DNA of 64,000 bases, from positions 1 through 64,000 of IMG/VR virus record IMGVR_UViG_3300035665_000023; one strand, 5' to 3'. The translations under genes and the position numbers were made by a program. The notes below the pieces were generated by a model that was given only the letters and a program-made list of their open reading frames with translations, was not told the DNA's origin and ran no database searches. Position 1 is the first letter of the stretch. Each line of letters begins with the position of its first letter. Positions 47,901 to 56,709 of this stretch are shown here, in pieces. The stretch is from a virus.

Positions 47901-50900
47901 CCGTGACTTGTCCAATCCCATTGCCTCGGCAATAGAACTAACAGCAGTGGCAACATCCTTAGGGACGCCGAAAACTTTCTCGATAACACCTGGAGTAAAA
48001 GCTTTTTCAGAAAACTCTTCTTTGCCTCTTGCAGGTGCCGCACGACGACCACCCTTGCCCTTCATGGCAACGTTGTTTCGCTTCATCGCCCTTTCGATCG
48101 CTTGGCGTGTCTGCCCAGCAAGCGTGTTTGGGTTGGTCACTCCTGGCTCAGCAAACCGCAACACTCGTCGCACCCAACGACCGATTCTTGCTAGTAATCC
48201 TGGCTTTGCCTTGCCGAGGTCGTTCCAGAACTTGAAGTAAGCCGCCCTGTCTTCTAGGTAGCGAGACAAGCCCTCGTCGTTTAGCAAGTCCTCGTCTTCG
48301 AGCAGACGTTCGTAGTATCCGGCATCTACTTCTTTCATGTCTGCGAGATACGCGACTTTAGCCTTGCCTAGCCCAACCGAATCGTTTTTGCTGACCCAGT
48401 TGTAGAGCGATCTCCATGCCTTGGGTGACGACCGCTTGATTGCATGGAACATTTCATGGGCAAACAAACCCCATGTCATTGCCTTCTCTGGGCGACCCTC
48501 TTTCTTCAGAAGGCTATCCCATTTTTCTACATAGTTCCGAACAAGCCAAATAGTGCGAGAGTTTGGAATAAACAGCCCAGGTACTCCTTGGTCGGGACTA
48601 CCTTCGACCAGCCGAAGCGTAATGCCGATCTTATTGAGTATCTGCTTCTGCTTACGCTCGTCTTCGGTAAAGTCTTTGGACGGGATCTCTTTCCCTTCCG
48701 GCTTTTTGGGGGGACTTGCGTCTTTATCGGATTCACCGCGAGGAGCTGCTTGACGTTTCTTCTTTCTAGATGGTTTTGCTTTTGCAGCAGCGGTTTCGAG
48801 ATACTCTCTGATTGTTGGTTGGCTATTAAGCTTATCTGATATTTCGTCAACAATATCTTCTCGTTCAGTAGCCTTAACATCCAACTCTCTCGCCAAGTCT
48901 TGCAGGTCTTCCTTATTTAGACTGCGAAGGTAAGTCTTTGCTGGCGACTCCTTCGTCTCCTGCTTGGCTTTAACTTCGGGCTGCGCAGGAGCGATTTCTG
49001 GCTTATCTTCTTGCTGTGAAGCGGCTTTGTCAAAATCTTCTGCTGTTACAAGATCGCTTGTCGGCTCCGTTCCTTTCCATGCATACACTGGCGTACCATC
49101 TGGTCGATACATTTGCGTAAGAAGCCCCGCATCAACCATTGGTCGCAACGAACGTGCAACCCACCCACGCGAATCTTTGCCAGGCAATCTGTCAGATATT
49201 TCATTCGCTGCCAGCCAACGGTTTTCTGGCATTTTGTTTCGAAACGTGAACGCAAAAGACTTCTTGCCAGCGTCTTCTGGTCTCATCTCGCCAGACTGCA
49301 CCATCGCTTCCGTAAATTGCTCTGGGGTTGGCTTTTTTTGTTTTCCTGCAGCTTTTGGAGGTTGCTCAGCGGGTTGTTTTTTAGAAGGAGCCTTTTTCTT
49401 AACCGACCTTGGCTTTGGCAATTCCTTCTGACCAGCAAAGTCATACGTGCCAGCAATCATGTCCGCCAGATACGTGTCTACCTTTGGAACACTTAGCGGC
49501 ATTAGCAAACCAACCACCTCGCCGTTAACAGCGTAAACTACCGGCGTGGTTATTTCATTACCTTTCTTCGCCTCTCCGTATATCGTTGCTTTTGGGTGTC
49601 GCTTCAATATCGTGTCGTGATAAGCCTTGCTCAAAAGAACATAATCGCCGCTATCGTTTTTTAGCATGACTTGTCTTTCAGACATGTCTCCGCCGCGATA
49701 ACCGACAACAGTCATTTCATTGCCTGGTTTAATGGTGTTTCTGGTGGGAGCGATAACAGACTCTACCTTCACCTCCCTGCCTATGCCTTCAATTCCAGAT
49801 CTTTTCTTCGATGAAGCTAATATTGCGTCCCTGTCTTTATCGGGAGCCTTGATTAGCACTCGACCATCTGTGTAATAACCAGTAGCCTTCAGAGTTGCTG
49901 CAAGACTTTCACCCTGAGCCACATTCCACAAGCCAGCCAGCTTTTCATTTGAGTACGACATGCTCCCAGAGTCAGTCTGGGTGAACCTCTTGTCATCGTC
50001 TTTGTCAAATGCGCCTTCAAAAACACGTTCCGCTATGTCTTTTGCCTTTTTCTGGTCCGAAATGTTAGACGCCTCAAAGTCCCATGATTTCGAACCAGCT
50101 TGCCTCACGGTCCAAGTGCCGCTATCCTTGGACTTCTCAATGAGTAACACGCGGTCGCCTCGAGACGCTCGAATTGTCTGAGCAACTCCTGAAGCGTTTT
50201 GCTTAATGCTTGTGTACTCTGTGGGCATAGGCTCTGCAGAAGGTTCTGGAAAAACAGGCGACGGCGCTTCGTCCGCCGCCTGCTCCTCCATAGGACTTAT
50301 TTGCCCTTCGGACGGCCTTTGCCCCCCTTCGGTTTGCACTTGCACATTAGGATCACCTCCCCCCTTGGTTCCACGAGCATCTTGCACCTCCTCACGTTGA
50401 CGATCTCCCGACACCGCATCAGGAGACTCGGAAATCTTTTGACTTCCATTCGGAACAATCCACTCCGATTCATCAGCATCAAAAAGACCAAGAGATTTTA
50501 CCTCTAAACCAACGGCACCTTCCTTGGTGTAAACCGTCCCGCCGTACTCCTTGGCCCATTTCTCTGCTTGCTTTTTATCAGATGTCCAGCCCAGGTACGG
50601 ACTGTCGTTTTTACTGGGGTCTTTATTATCGCCTCTGTACAAGGTCGGCGCAGCTTTGGATCGTTCGGCAACGCCATCCACAAACGCCCTAGCGAGTTCA
50701 ACGCCCTCTTTGACGTTGCCGCCTTCGACATTCCCGCCTTCCAAGAAAACTTTCAGGTATCGCTTTAGATTTGAGGGACTGCCCTTCCATGTTCTTATAG
50801 CTTCTTTTAGCTTCTCGCTAACTTCAGGTTGGAAAGAAGGCGTTGGCGCTGACACCGCGTCAACAGGCGTGGGCTCAATTGGATTCTGTACAGGAAACGG

Positions 50901-53048
50901 ATCGCTTGACTGCGGTGGTGTTTGCTGCTTGCGATACGAGATCTTCTTTGCGGGCAACGGAGTCGCTGCGACCACCTCAAACGGGTTTGCGACCTCGGCC
51001 TCCGTAGGCTGCACGTTGTAGCCTGACATCGCCGTCTCCACTTGCGGCTGCTGCACCTGAGCTTCTTGTGGTGCCTGCCGCAACGGAACGTCAAACGGGT
51101 CGGTAGAAGGCGGCATGCCCTCTGGCTGCGACACTGGAGGTTGCTGTGTGGCGGGAGGTATTGCCTGTTCCGATGACGGTGGGAACGGGTCGGTAGAAGG
51201 CGGTATAGCTTCCGGTTGCACAACAGGAGATTGTGGCTGATCCAATGAAGGAACAGCAGGTTGCGGCGTTGCGGATCGCATCCTCTCCATTTCTATCGCA
51301 GCCTGCCTAGCCACCTCTTCGTCGTTAATCAACGCTTCTTCGTTAAGCGGATCAGTTGGAGGTTGTTGCTGAGCATTGGGTTCTGGTGCAGGCGTTTCCT
51401 CGAATGCATCGCTAGGCGGTGGCGTAACCGGGGGCATTTGTCCCGCAACTGGTGGGACAGCTTCGTCAGCTGACGAACCAAGCATGCTTCTTAGTTGCTT
51501 TTCAAGATTTGCAATTTCCTGTTGAGCACTTGCTAATCGATTTTCTTTTGTAGTGGGTTCACCTGTTGCAATATCAATAAGGGTTGTTCCGTTATTGGCT
51601 TCCCTGACAAGTCCCTGTTGTCTAGCGAGTTCTCTCGGGAAAGATTCCCTTTTTCCCGTTTTGACTTCATTAACCACTCTTTTCAGCAACTCTAACCTTG
51701 CCTGAACATTGCTCGGGTCTTCGCTTGTGTCGGCTCCAGGCGGGAGCTGTGGGATGAACGGGTCGGTAGAAGAGTCTGCGCCACGACGACCGCCACGACC
51801 GCCTCGCAACCCAACCAACTCAACGCCCGTTGTGCCAGATTTAACCGCGCCTCCAACAAGAGCCCCACCCGCAGCGGCCTCTGCCCACTGCATGAAGTTC
51901 TCTTTGTTGAACAAGTCGGACTTCGGGTCGTTGATCTCCTTGTTAAGCGATCCGAGAAATTCCTGAAAACCTTCCTGAACGCCTTCTTCTCCAGACGCCT
52001 TCGCTGTATCCCATAAATATCCAGCAGCCGCCCTCCAGCCTTCTCTGCGAGCTATTTCATCGACGCCAGATCTACCAGCAAACGACTTCAGTACACCTGG
52101 AGCGGCTCCAAGCAAAGATTCAGAAAGGCCAGAAGCCAAACCAAGCCCCATTGCAGTCCCTGGAGAGTCGTAGCCAGCTTCTCTACCCTCCATATACATG
52201 CCGCCGCCTTCATGAAGGCCTGTAACAGCAGTTGTGGCCGCAGCAGACCCAAAACGCTTAGCGACCTCTCTTCCAACGTATTGTTTAGCAAGCCCCTCAG
52301 CAGCTTCAGCAGCCATTCCTCGCTTGACATACTCCGCTGCAGCATTGGAAATGGCTTTTTTGATAGCACCTTTGGCGAAAACACCACCCACTGCCCCAAT
52401 AGGAACTGTCGCAACGTCAAGCGGGTCAGGAGCTGGCACAACAGCAGCACCAAGAGCAGCACCAGCAATACCTGTTAAAACCGACTCAGCCAATGATGGA
52501 ACCGCCTCGCCTAAAGTTCCAGCAGCGTAAGTTCCAAAGTTGCTAAAACTACCGAACGCGCCCGTTTTCGGATCTGTAGAGAAAAAATCAATGTTGTCTC
52601 GCGGGTTTTCAGACGCTTGACGCATCTCGTCTTTATACGCCTGGAAATATTGTTGAGCCGAAGGTTCGTCTCCAGCTAAGGAACTCAACATTCCTAAGCC
52701 GCCTTGATAAGTCCCTTGAAGATTGTCAAACCCGCGATACAGCCCTCGCAGAAAAGGATTGCGAGCCTCAAGGTTTATCTTTCCAAAAGCTTCCGAATTG
52801 CGACGGCGAAAATCCTCAATTTCTCTTTTTGCTTGTTCGCGATAAAACAAATCAAGAATTGGAGTAGGTGCTCGCTTCCTGCTATCCATAATTGCCTGTT
52901 CGCGAGGGTCATCATATGCAGGGACAGGGATTTGCTCGGCCCAATTAGAAGTTAGACTTTGATCGTCTGATGCATTTATGTCGCTAGGAAGGCTTCCAGA
53001 ATTCATTTCGTCCCTTATTTGCCGAAAACGATCAAGAATCTCGCCCAT
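38925..53048 (-). CDS. Giant (4707 aa) polyvalent virion/DNA-ejection protein
   Basis: Gly/Ala-rich N-domain (EEGVQEGFQE), Pro-rich linker, ART-like motifs (LYRG..WTS..ESEW; two YHG..F..AxxY domains), two HExxH zincin motifs (AHEMFH, IHELGH), five RYSP linkers, helical C-domain. Confidence 0.85.
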   Translation of the reverse strand: MGEILDRFRQIRDEMNSGSLPSDINASDDQSLTSNWAEQIPVPAYDDPREQAIMDSRKRAPTPILDLFYREQAKREIEDFRRRNSEAFGKINLEARNPFLRGLYRGFDNLQGTYQGGLGMLSSLAGDEPSAQQYFQAYKDEMRQASENPRDNIDFFSTDPKTGAFGSFSNFGTYAAGTLGEAVPSLAESVLTGIAGAALGAAVVPAPDPLDVATVPIGAVGGVFAKGAIKKAISNAAAEYVKRGMAAEAAEGLAKQYVGREVAKRFGSAAATTAVTGLHEGGGMYMEGREAGYDSPGTAMGLGLASGLSESLLGAAPGVLKSFAGRSGVDEIARREGWRAAAGYLWDTAKASGEEGVQEGFQEFLGSLNKEINDPKSDLFNKENFMQWAEAAAGGALVGGAVKSGTTGVELVGLRGGRGGRRGADSSTDPFIPQLPPGADTSEDPSNVQARLELLKRVVNEVKTGKRESFPRELARQQGLVREANNGTTLIDIATGEPTTKENRLASAQQEIANLEKQLRSMLGSSADEAVPPVAGQMPPVTPPPSDAFEETPAPEPNAQQQPPTDPLNEEALINDEEVARQAAIEMERMRSATPQPAVPSLDQPQSPVVQPEAIPPSTDPFPPSSEQAIPPATQQPPVSQPEGMPPSTDPFDVPLRQAPQEAQVQQPQVETAMSGYNVQPTEAEVANPFEVVAATPLPAKKISYRKQQTPPQSSDPFPVQNPIEPTPVDAVSAPTPSFQPEVSEKLKEAIRTWKGSPSNLKRYLKVFLEGGNVEGGNVKEGVELARAFVDGVAERSKAAPTLYRGDNKDPSKNDSPYLGWTSDKKQAEKWAKEYGGTVYTKEGAVGLEVKSLGLFDADESEWIVPNGSQKISESPDAVSGDRQREEVQDARGTKGGGDPNVQVQTEGGQRPSEGQISPMEEQAADEAPSPVFPEPSAEPMPTEYTSIKQNASGVAQTIRASRGDRVLLIEKSKDSGTWTVRQAGSKSWDFEASNISDQKKAKDIAERVFEGAFDKDDDKRFTQTDSGSMSYSNEKLAGLWNVAQGESLAATLKATGYYTDGRVLIKAPDKDRDAILASSKKRSGIEGIGREVKVESVIAPTRNTIKPGNEMTVVGYRGGDMSERQVMLKNDSGDYVLLSKAYHDTILKRHPKATIYGEAKKGNEITTPVVYAVNGEVVGLLMPLSVPKVDTYLADMIAGTYDFAGQKELPKPRSVKKKAPSKKQPAEQPPKAAGKQKKPTPEQFTEAMVQSGEMRPEDAGKKSFAFTFRNKMPENRWLAANEISDRLPGKDSRGWVARSLRPMVDAGLLTQMYRPDGTPVYAWKGTEPTSDLVTAEDFDKAASQQEDKPEIAPAQPEVKAKQETKESPAKTYLRSLNKEDLQDLARELDVKATEREDIVDEISDKLNSQPTIREYLETAAAKAKPSRKKKRQAAPRGESDKDASPPKKPEGKEIPSKDFTEDERKQKQILNKIGITLRLVEGSPDQGVPGLFIPNSRTIWLVRNYVEKWDSLLKKEGRPEKAMTWGLFAHEMFHAIKRSSPKAWRSLYNWVSKNDSVGLGKAKVAYLADMKEVDAGYYERLLEDEDLLNDEGLSRYLEDRAAYFKFWNDLGKAKPGLLARIGRWVRRVLRFAEPGVTNPNTLAGQTRQAIERAMKRNNVAMKGKGGRRAAPARGKEEFSEKAFTPGVIEKVFGVPKDVATAVSSIAEAMGLDKSRIQLVKGGMPAENALFQVHKILSGEEPVAVQKTLKSAVAWIGEYANQNKVVPEGVDFNTSDGRQAAVDAIVKHTLLEINAWKKLNRSYISFYTTDIIDRANPWLSKWAKRDKDIAAKMAAEGRDKLTDDEVKLLHIMGSFSSANAIPSVDTLIGLMVLKEWMLHGTLTGMTSNPKHVWKTDYNAPRDMNGQRPRKPTYVTPRGKITFESSRVTSSGKKIPNEPNLVPGKFKKISRTFNLASARSFSKLVDHFGGGKSGLAKAIKWMESEHTWAEIVSVIGDKAAKKLKVHEYLKRDLKNPNDPNLKIVGAFALGDNPKQGSYILNRWQKLKTITKDMWVARTMSRYFREPNTGVPWKHTNQLGRIKRQILEDAWVQVAETLGVEPAIVQEMMWDMEKLFYGMMGVSTDTSYPSDGVLRSLTASVKASVELTDSGIALMRAFNKPTVADGIHELGHVARMFLFDKSIPKDMREGITDADIDVAMKWSGVVDGNWTTEAEEKFANGLLKYIKGGKFTSKTLRSVFEKVVSWLRKIYKSIDNKTSSDPVVNLEISPAMQEVYGKLVSRGIKDSQLSWEAIPSKTLDIIPEIHNASYAVKKEYLKRITDVLFKNGDWIAKAVGLDVPVTITGFSAWQGDIGAGSQSKFEVMLENNGGVKTITEEYRKKLDLYANILGYVLSQDGVYWHLPVYSSDPALENGFEITGNRAWKGSEFKDLYDAMLREFGKDTDLAPAFMPNGARILNFSIDNLDFHSRMEKVVSALHGSNPSFLGGTTTTKSFRSEGNEYNATSNSWQSNPNGEEYTSRIGGTGRPDLQRRSDNVRQAVISATRKFAREQGWNTEFTAAPIKDSGQRYSPGRRSESTGDGRGRDQGRSYTPLEGSPSVQGASGPDPGIVDAAEQYARDNGINLKRQAKYVRVDEERAKRIAQAFEEMQHSPNDPAVKEAYDDMIRQTKSQYDALVKAGYTFTFYDGDTDPYDGNPSSAVRDLRQNKKMAVYGTYAGYGTEGITATELANNPMLADTGLRWKDQKGVSHPVAANDLFRAVHDAFGHSMEGAGFRARGEENAWQAHVRLYYGPAIGAMTSETRGQNSWLNFGPYAEKNKTASVLDTVFAENKIGLMPEWTWTEGRAADMEETGDEGVRYSPSRQAKRKRDPEITKAAQDLKAGLIDRNQYQRIVDMRMPLRKFDEVPIPASKEDMLRGLGDRKAGDRLKRDLIQNPEDIAKGRLLETRLDIPAYDDENVWVVSLHEPRPDLNKGSAGRVVAYTPTSVLRNVTFGVTENAALNIAAGKPKSTIATMRGEYVPMTAQQAYKLAETNKDRWVEIGMNPIRHTYFYDKDTQTPVVSAEEVVQVGGMVLAKNPVLGRREDYRYSPGRNNDAKYLAAVDQGDMAKAQRMVDAAAAGAGEVAGGVSPVLYHGSPHSNFYEFQIPSKGFNSTVFGSYEVSRNAAFFTTDEEAASRYREQGGRKGGSVRKFRVFGELLDWRNGITDAQFNTLVSKGVNSRWLDRKGASWELFDKEEDPDGTLVKAIQKMGYDGVIIKDTDGTSDFDAYVAFTPSQIKSSDAVTYDDSGNVVPLSKRFDETLPDVRYSPRRKPKDDILAGLYKRLEEEGLIKPQVREPSPPASDETTGTKNVKTNELRALAGLGERVMPERESVDQWQAEAARRIAKTPGYPARLAEELANNPRAIDRVEEAVLGRYIRDLENRRQAGESVLDEILTATEASEKAGSIWGQTGVSRQVELASDFSVAGLVRRHLREVQQRPTESQLQEYAQLADRIKKLEAQNAKLVEELAKETIARKKAEAAAQPEPEKPKLGTKRATVVKKVADAFSVFQNLWSGGNRPAAGRNLRPQTDTPEFKKWFGDSKVVDADGKPLVVYHGTNAEFDVFEDTPMHGMIWFAIDKELAAQYGEKVLPVYLKVNEWDKDGGKWQVRGRDVIWVRDKSQIKSATGNRGTFDPNNPDIRYSPSRQPNDIKAAANNVVSALREAGVSSILEVEAQIKANLRNASPEQIQAIRDAWNESISKNKPESPIGDNPTDSELGARAKELMRAAVELGYGAEEENWKDVVDVVYEQLSTEVPGISKYETMQAMSDYGVWQSLNTEPVEVIIRAIRGKARQSLKIEDTINAIKQSEEWLNKGVTPEEVARRLREKGLLPKATGQERATPDSIERELISQFNKLKKTLPVPAESKEGQLKSALTTAKTAAKNRLEMLDKDIAALDEAVKSRTKLVKPVDEKTPLEPDEDLLDLRSQLEQKRRVRDKLKADYEKIFPPTKPKKGRKPLTEEQRLDASVRMLERQISAVKADVKALEDGTWAPAAKNSELTSERKEELMAELRSLRQLRKVALEANPVYQATEELKYWQRYRKAQERRLAFWQRRLEEAKAGRIPVPLKKRTITEKAILEKNMEIEEVQYDAMIAIEKAKRATWNTGQWIGQGILEATSLIPKTLMLGLEMSFVLRQGFFYTYSQPMKAFYALMEAIPAVFSQRLALESADGLKSRPNAKEYELAKVDFTQVTGPQAKLEELYQSAIIRWLENTETKLLLPLRTWAKLYAMAERGNRTFSNIMKADMYDIQKRDTLAAREFFKVNTGWTEDDIKETGRIANIFSGRGTGLKGGNPWLDWLFLARRWTWSRIQADFIVPFQLVTPQWIGQWNADRGMRVALAKLYIQAMVGHTAKMAVAYVAYRLLAGDDEEEMPTFEFDLRSSDALAMKIGETRFKDEGGLMPAIVLASRILTGKMKTSEGEIKSIYGDDVQYGGKTAADFIINYGRYKLGTAPSAILEWASGRDAVGNVIADKDDPTAIYRNIVGSRITPLTYREIYAAESELGLKRGTLAALEAFFGVSVSTHGSRSKYKKASEEDRKKQFEKDLEAMDYNTPDFGYKDLLTDKQRKQMFDQREAKKQAVVYAALANPQRKTHKSDESFQKSVSERDKAIEKFRTMGLDFNDARLMLLDYYKRQYGSAYEMRGNNYVLRESYVQRLRQLRKVLERK

Positions 53049-53091
53049 TTACTTATCTCCGTGGCTTCTTCATGTTGCCTAAAAAATCAAG

Positions 53092-56000
53092 TCAGGAAGT
53101 TCTTCTTTGACTGGGAGAAGCGAAGCTTTTTTTCCCACCGCGATTTATGCCGTCCTTGTTCTGTGGTTTCGTTTCGTATTTTTGTTTTTTGGGTTTCGGT
53201 TCTTGACTTATGTCGCCCTCATTACTGTTTGCCGGAATTCCTCTCGGTGCCATCTCTGCCATAGCCATCAACTTGCTTTGGTCCTCTTCGCTAAGTTGCC
53301 CGCTGTAGAAATTCACAACAGCACCGTCTTCTCGCTTGAACGTGATTACCCTTTGACCGCCAATTTCTTTCATTGGATGGGAAATCAACTCGACAGTGCC
53401 TTTCATCTTTCTGTTTCCATCTGCTGCTGTCAGTTCAACCATTGAATTATTTTGGTCTTTAGAAGACTGATAAGGTGCAGAATTTGTGCTCCACCACTCG
53501 TTCCAAAATTCGTTTTGTACTGCCGGTTGATCTTTAGGCAAACCAATAGGTTTTTTCTGTTCGAGTAAATCTTTTCTTGACGGAGTTGTCTGCGATTGAT
53601 CAGGAGCAATTTCAGATGCAATTGCATCAATTGTTGGGGAACCCTGTTTAGGCACCGTAGGCTGCGGTTGCGTAGTATTTGGAGGCGCAGGTTTTTGTCC
53701 ATAATCAATTACTATTGGATTTTCAAATCCAGGCACTGGTTTTACGCCAGAAGGAAGTTTAGGTGCCTTACGATTTGCAGATTTCGAAGACTTATTAGAT
53801 TCTCTTTCTTTTTCAATATTAGCAATATATTCGATCGTCGCTCCTGCAATTGATAAGGTCTGAATTGCGGAATTTATATCTGCCTGAGTCGATGCTGGAT
53901 TTCTAATAACTTCAGCAGCTTTTATAGCAATTTCCGTACTTGGCTCAAAAGCACCTTGCGGCGTTGACTGTGGTGCCTGTTGTTGCGGCGCAGACGGTGG
54001 TTGCATCACCGGACGACCTTGCGAATCACGCGGTATCGGCACCACTTGTCCTGCTTGGTTCACCATGTAGCCTCTCGAGGCAAGTTCCTCTGGAGTCAGC
54101 CGTCGTTCTTGAGCGTTAGGATCTCTCCACCCATCCCACCACGCTGGTCTTGCGGGGGGTTGAAATTGTGACTCATCACTGGGTGAAGCGTATGGTTTTC
54201 CGTATCCGTCAACGCCTCGCTTTTTGAGTTTACCTACTTTCTTTAACAACTCTTCAGAGTCTGCATCCCTAAATAACCACCGACCCTTCTTTTTCAATGC
54301 CGCCGTAAACTTTGCTCCCTCCGTTGGTCCTAGTTCAGCAAGAATTTGAGTGTATGGACTCGTATCTCGCGGGTCCATGTTCGCGCCAGCAGGCGGCAAT
54401 CGTTCGCCTTTCGGACCTGTGACTCTAATTCCTGGTTGACTTGCTAAACCAGGAGATGTCGCAATTTGCCCGTCTTGCAGCACAGGCTGCTCGTAAGCCG
54501 GAGGAGCTTCTTGGCGGGCACCTCCTCGCTGAGATAAAATACCTCCGCTAACTCCACCAACACCGTATTTGCCCTTGCGTCCGGATTCCAATTGCTCTGG
54601 CGTTGGAGTCTGCCGAGGTCGCGGCTCACGCATTCGTTGACCTTCAGGCGTATCTGGATTAAACATCTCTTGGTAAGTTCCTTGGTTTTCACCCTCCATC
54701 CTAGTTTCGCTAGCGTAATCCGGTGTCTGCATAACGATGGCGCGATCTTTTTCGCTGAGGTCTTGCAATGGGACAACATATGTTTTTCCGTCTTTTGTGC
54801 GTATTACCGCAACGTCGCTAACTGCTGGATCGCCATCATTGAAATGACGGACACCACGAAGCTCACCTTTGAACGTCTTACCTTTATTGTTAGTCCAAAC
54901 TCTAGGCTTGCCAATTGACGGCGTATCGCGAGCGACTGGCCTTTGATTGTATAGCCTGTTAGCTTCATTGCGTTTCCACTGGTCGTATTCCTTTTCGTGT
55001 GCATCTATCGCATCAAGTACTTTCTGGCCATCCGGACGCTTTGCTATTTCCTTCCTAAGAGCATCAGCGGATTGCTCGTAGCTGATATTTGGGTTGTATT
55101 GAATTTCAGCAGATGGAGCGGCGGGACTTGACTGAGGACCGTTCTGCGCTGGAGCCGCTGGTTGCGCAAGAACATTCTCTCGCCCCCAAACTTGGTTATA
55201 ATACGATGGAGTTGCTCGAGAAATATCGCCAGTTTTTCCCGTAACATTACCCTTTGATGTTGCATCTGTGTACTCGTTAATCACATTTGCGGATCTTCTT
55301 TGATCTTTTAAGCTTCCGTCTGGATGATCAAGCCTAACGACGGATTGTGTCGCTTTACCTCCGGTACTCATAGCCAAGGAGTCCCTTGGGTCTACCTTGC
55401 TGCCGTCACTCATAATGACATAGCCGTGTTCGTCTGTCCGATTGGTTGGTGTCGGGTCTGGCTTGTAATCTGGGTGTGCTGGAGCCAACGCTGGACCCAA
55501 CGCTGTCCAATCACCATTGCGCGAAGCAGGGGGATTCGCCTGAGAACCGGGCTGCACTGGCGTGCCTTGCTGTTGTCTTGCCGACCTTAGCGCCGGAAGG
55601 AAAACATCTTGCATTAGCACCTGCTGGTCTGGTGTTAAGTAATGCTGCCAGCCACCACCTAACCCAGCCATAATCCTCGGATCGCTACCAGGGCCGAAAA
55701 GCATCTTGTTTTGCTGCGAGCCACCCTGCGGTAGAATAGTTTCCTGACTAAAGCTATTCGGATACATATCTTCCTGCATTCTAGCCATCGTCGCTGGGTT
55801 CGGCGCAACCTGAGCCACACCGTCGTACCCAACCTGCATCAGTTCTGGTCCTTCTTCCCCGACCGTTACCGTTTGGCCGGGATACACAGGACCGCCGTAA
55901 CGACGTTCTCCAATCCTTCGTTCCTTTTGAAGCTCGTCAAGCACACTGTTGTACGGATTATCGTCGTCAGCCGCCGCTGCCGGAAGTTGTGCTTGAGGTG

Positions 56001-56682
56001 TTGCGGCCTTGGGTTGTAAAGCGGTAATAGGGGCTCTCAATGCGTTCAAAATATCCTGGTCAGACGGCACAGCGCCATTTTGATTTTGCTCCATAAGCCG
56101 AGTCCTAGTATTGTTCCACGCCTCAAAGTAATCTTTGGGGTTTTCTTGAGCCCACTTATTAAACGCATCAGGCGCTTGACGTTGCTCGCGAACAGCATTC
56201 GCAGTAGATGGGTCCAATGTGCTCGTTCCCAAAAGAGCTTCCTTGTTTCTGAGAATTCTATCTAAGCCTTCTTGTTTCTGTGCGTCGTTAAGTCGCGTAT
56301 TATTTCGCAGTGTATTTTCTCTGTCTATGAGATTTCGTAATTGCCTAGATACTCCATAGCCAAACCCACCTGCATCGATCATCTTTTGGATTTCTGCATT
56401 GTCTTCTTGCCACGATGCCATTGACGGCTGTTGCGGCAAAACTGGGTCAACACCAAACACTGGCTCCGCACCGATCCCTGGCTTGGCTTTTTTCTTTTGA
56501 TCGCCAATGCCGATGCCACCATACGTGCCGCCAGTGTTGTACTTCAGCGGTTGCATTTGCGATGAACGCATTGCGTTATCACGTTCTTGCTGACGCTGAA
56601 CCATCTGCATGCCAGCGTTGAAACGCGAGTCGTCCTTGGTTTGCATTATGCCAGCAACGTCGTGTCGTAATTTAATTCCCAT
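53092..56682 (-). CDS. Large low-complexity internal virion protein with two SHD1-like domains
   Basis: AGGAG RBS before MGIKLRHD; GGPV...VGEEGPEL motif; RVWTNNKGKTFKGEL...VPLQDLSEKDR and a second ...GQLSEEDQ copy. Confidence 0.75.
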   Translation of the reverse strand: MGIKLRHDVAGIMQTKDDSRFNAGMQMVQRQQERDNAMRSSQMQPLKYNTGGTYGGIGIGDQKKKAKPGIGAEPVFGVDPVLPQQPSMASWQEDNAEIQKMIDAGGFGYGVSRQLRNLIDRENTLRNNTRLNDAQKQEGLDRILRNKEALLGTSTLDPSTANAVREQRQAPDAFNKWAQENPKDYFEAWNNTRTRLMEQNQNGAVPSDQDILNALRAPITALQPKAATPQAQLPAAAADDDNPYNSVLDELQKERRIGERRYGGPVYPGQTVTVGEEGPELMQVGYDGVAQVAPNPATMARMQEDMYPNSFSQETILPQGGSQQNKMLFGPGSDPRIMAGLGGGWQHYLTPDQQVLMQDVFLPALRSARQQQGTPVQPGSQANPPASRNGDWTALGPALAPAHPDYKPDPTPTNRTDEHGYVIMSDGSKVDPRDSLAMSTGGKATQSVVRLDHPDGSLKDQRRSANVINEYTDATSKGNVTGKTGDISRATPSYYNQVWGRENVLAQPAAPAQNGPQSSPAAPSAEIQYNPNISYEQSADALRKEIAKRPDGQKVLDAIDAHEKEYDQWKRNEANRLYNQRPVARDTPSIGKPRVWTNNKGKTFKGELRGVRHFNDGDPAVSDVAVIRTKDGKTYVVPLQDLSEKDRAIVMQTPDYASETRMEGENQGTYQEMFNPDTPEGQRMREPRPRQTPTPEQLESGRKGKYGVGGVSGGILSQRGGARQEAPPAYEQPVLQDGQIATSPGLASQPGIRVTGPKGERLPPAGANMDPRDTSPYTQILAELGPTEGAKFTAALKKKGRWLFRDADSEELLKKVGKLKKRGVDGYGKPYASPSDESQFQPPARPAWWDGWRDPNAQERRLTPEELASRGYMVNQAGQVVPIPRDSQGRPVMQPPSAPQQQAPQSTPQGAFEPSTEIAIKAAEVIRNPASTQADINSAIQTLSIAGATIEYIANIEKERESNKSSKSANRKAPKLPSGVKPVPGFENPIVIDYGQKPAPPNTTQPQPTVPKQGSPTIDAIASEIAPDQSQTTPSRKDLLEQKKPIGLPKDQPAVQNEFWNEWWSTNSAPYQSSKDQNNSMVELTAADGNRKMKGTVELISHPMKEIGGQRVITFKREDGAVVNFYSGQLSEEDQSKLMAMAEMAPRGIPANSNEGDISQEPKPKKQKYETKPQNKDGINRGGKKSFASPSQRRTS

Positions 56683-56709
56683 GAAACTTCTCCTTTTAAT
56701 CAAGCGATT

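Noticed and set aside
39049-52955. Many short plus-strand ORFs inside the giant gene, and similar ones opposite capsid, portal and terminase
   Set aside because: Antisense shadows with no recognisable motifs.
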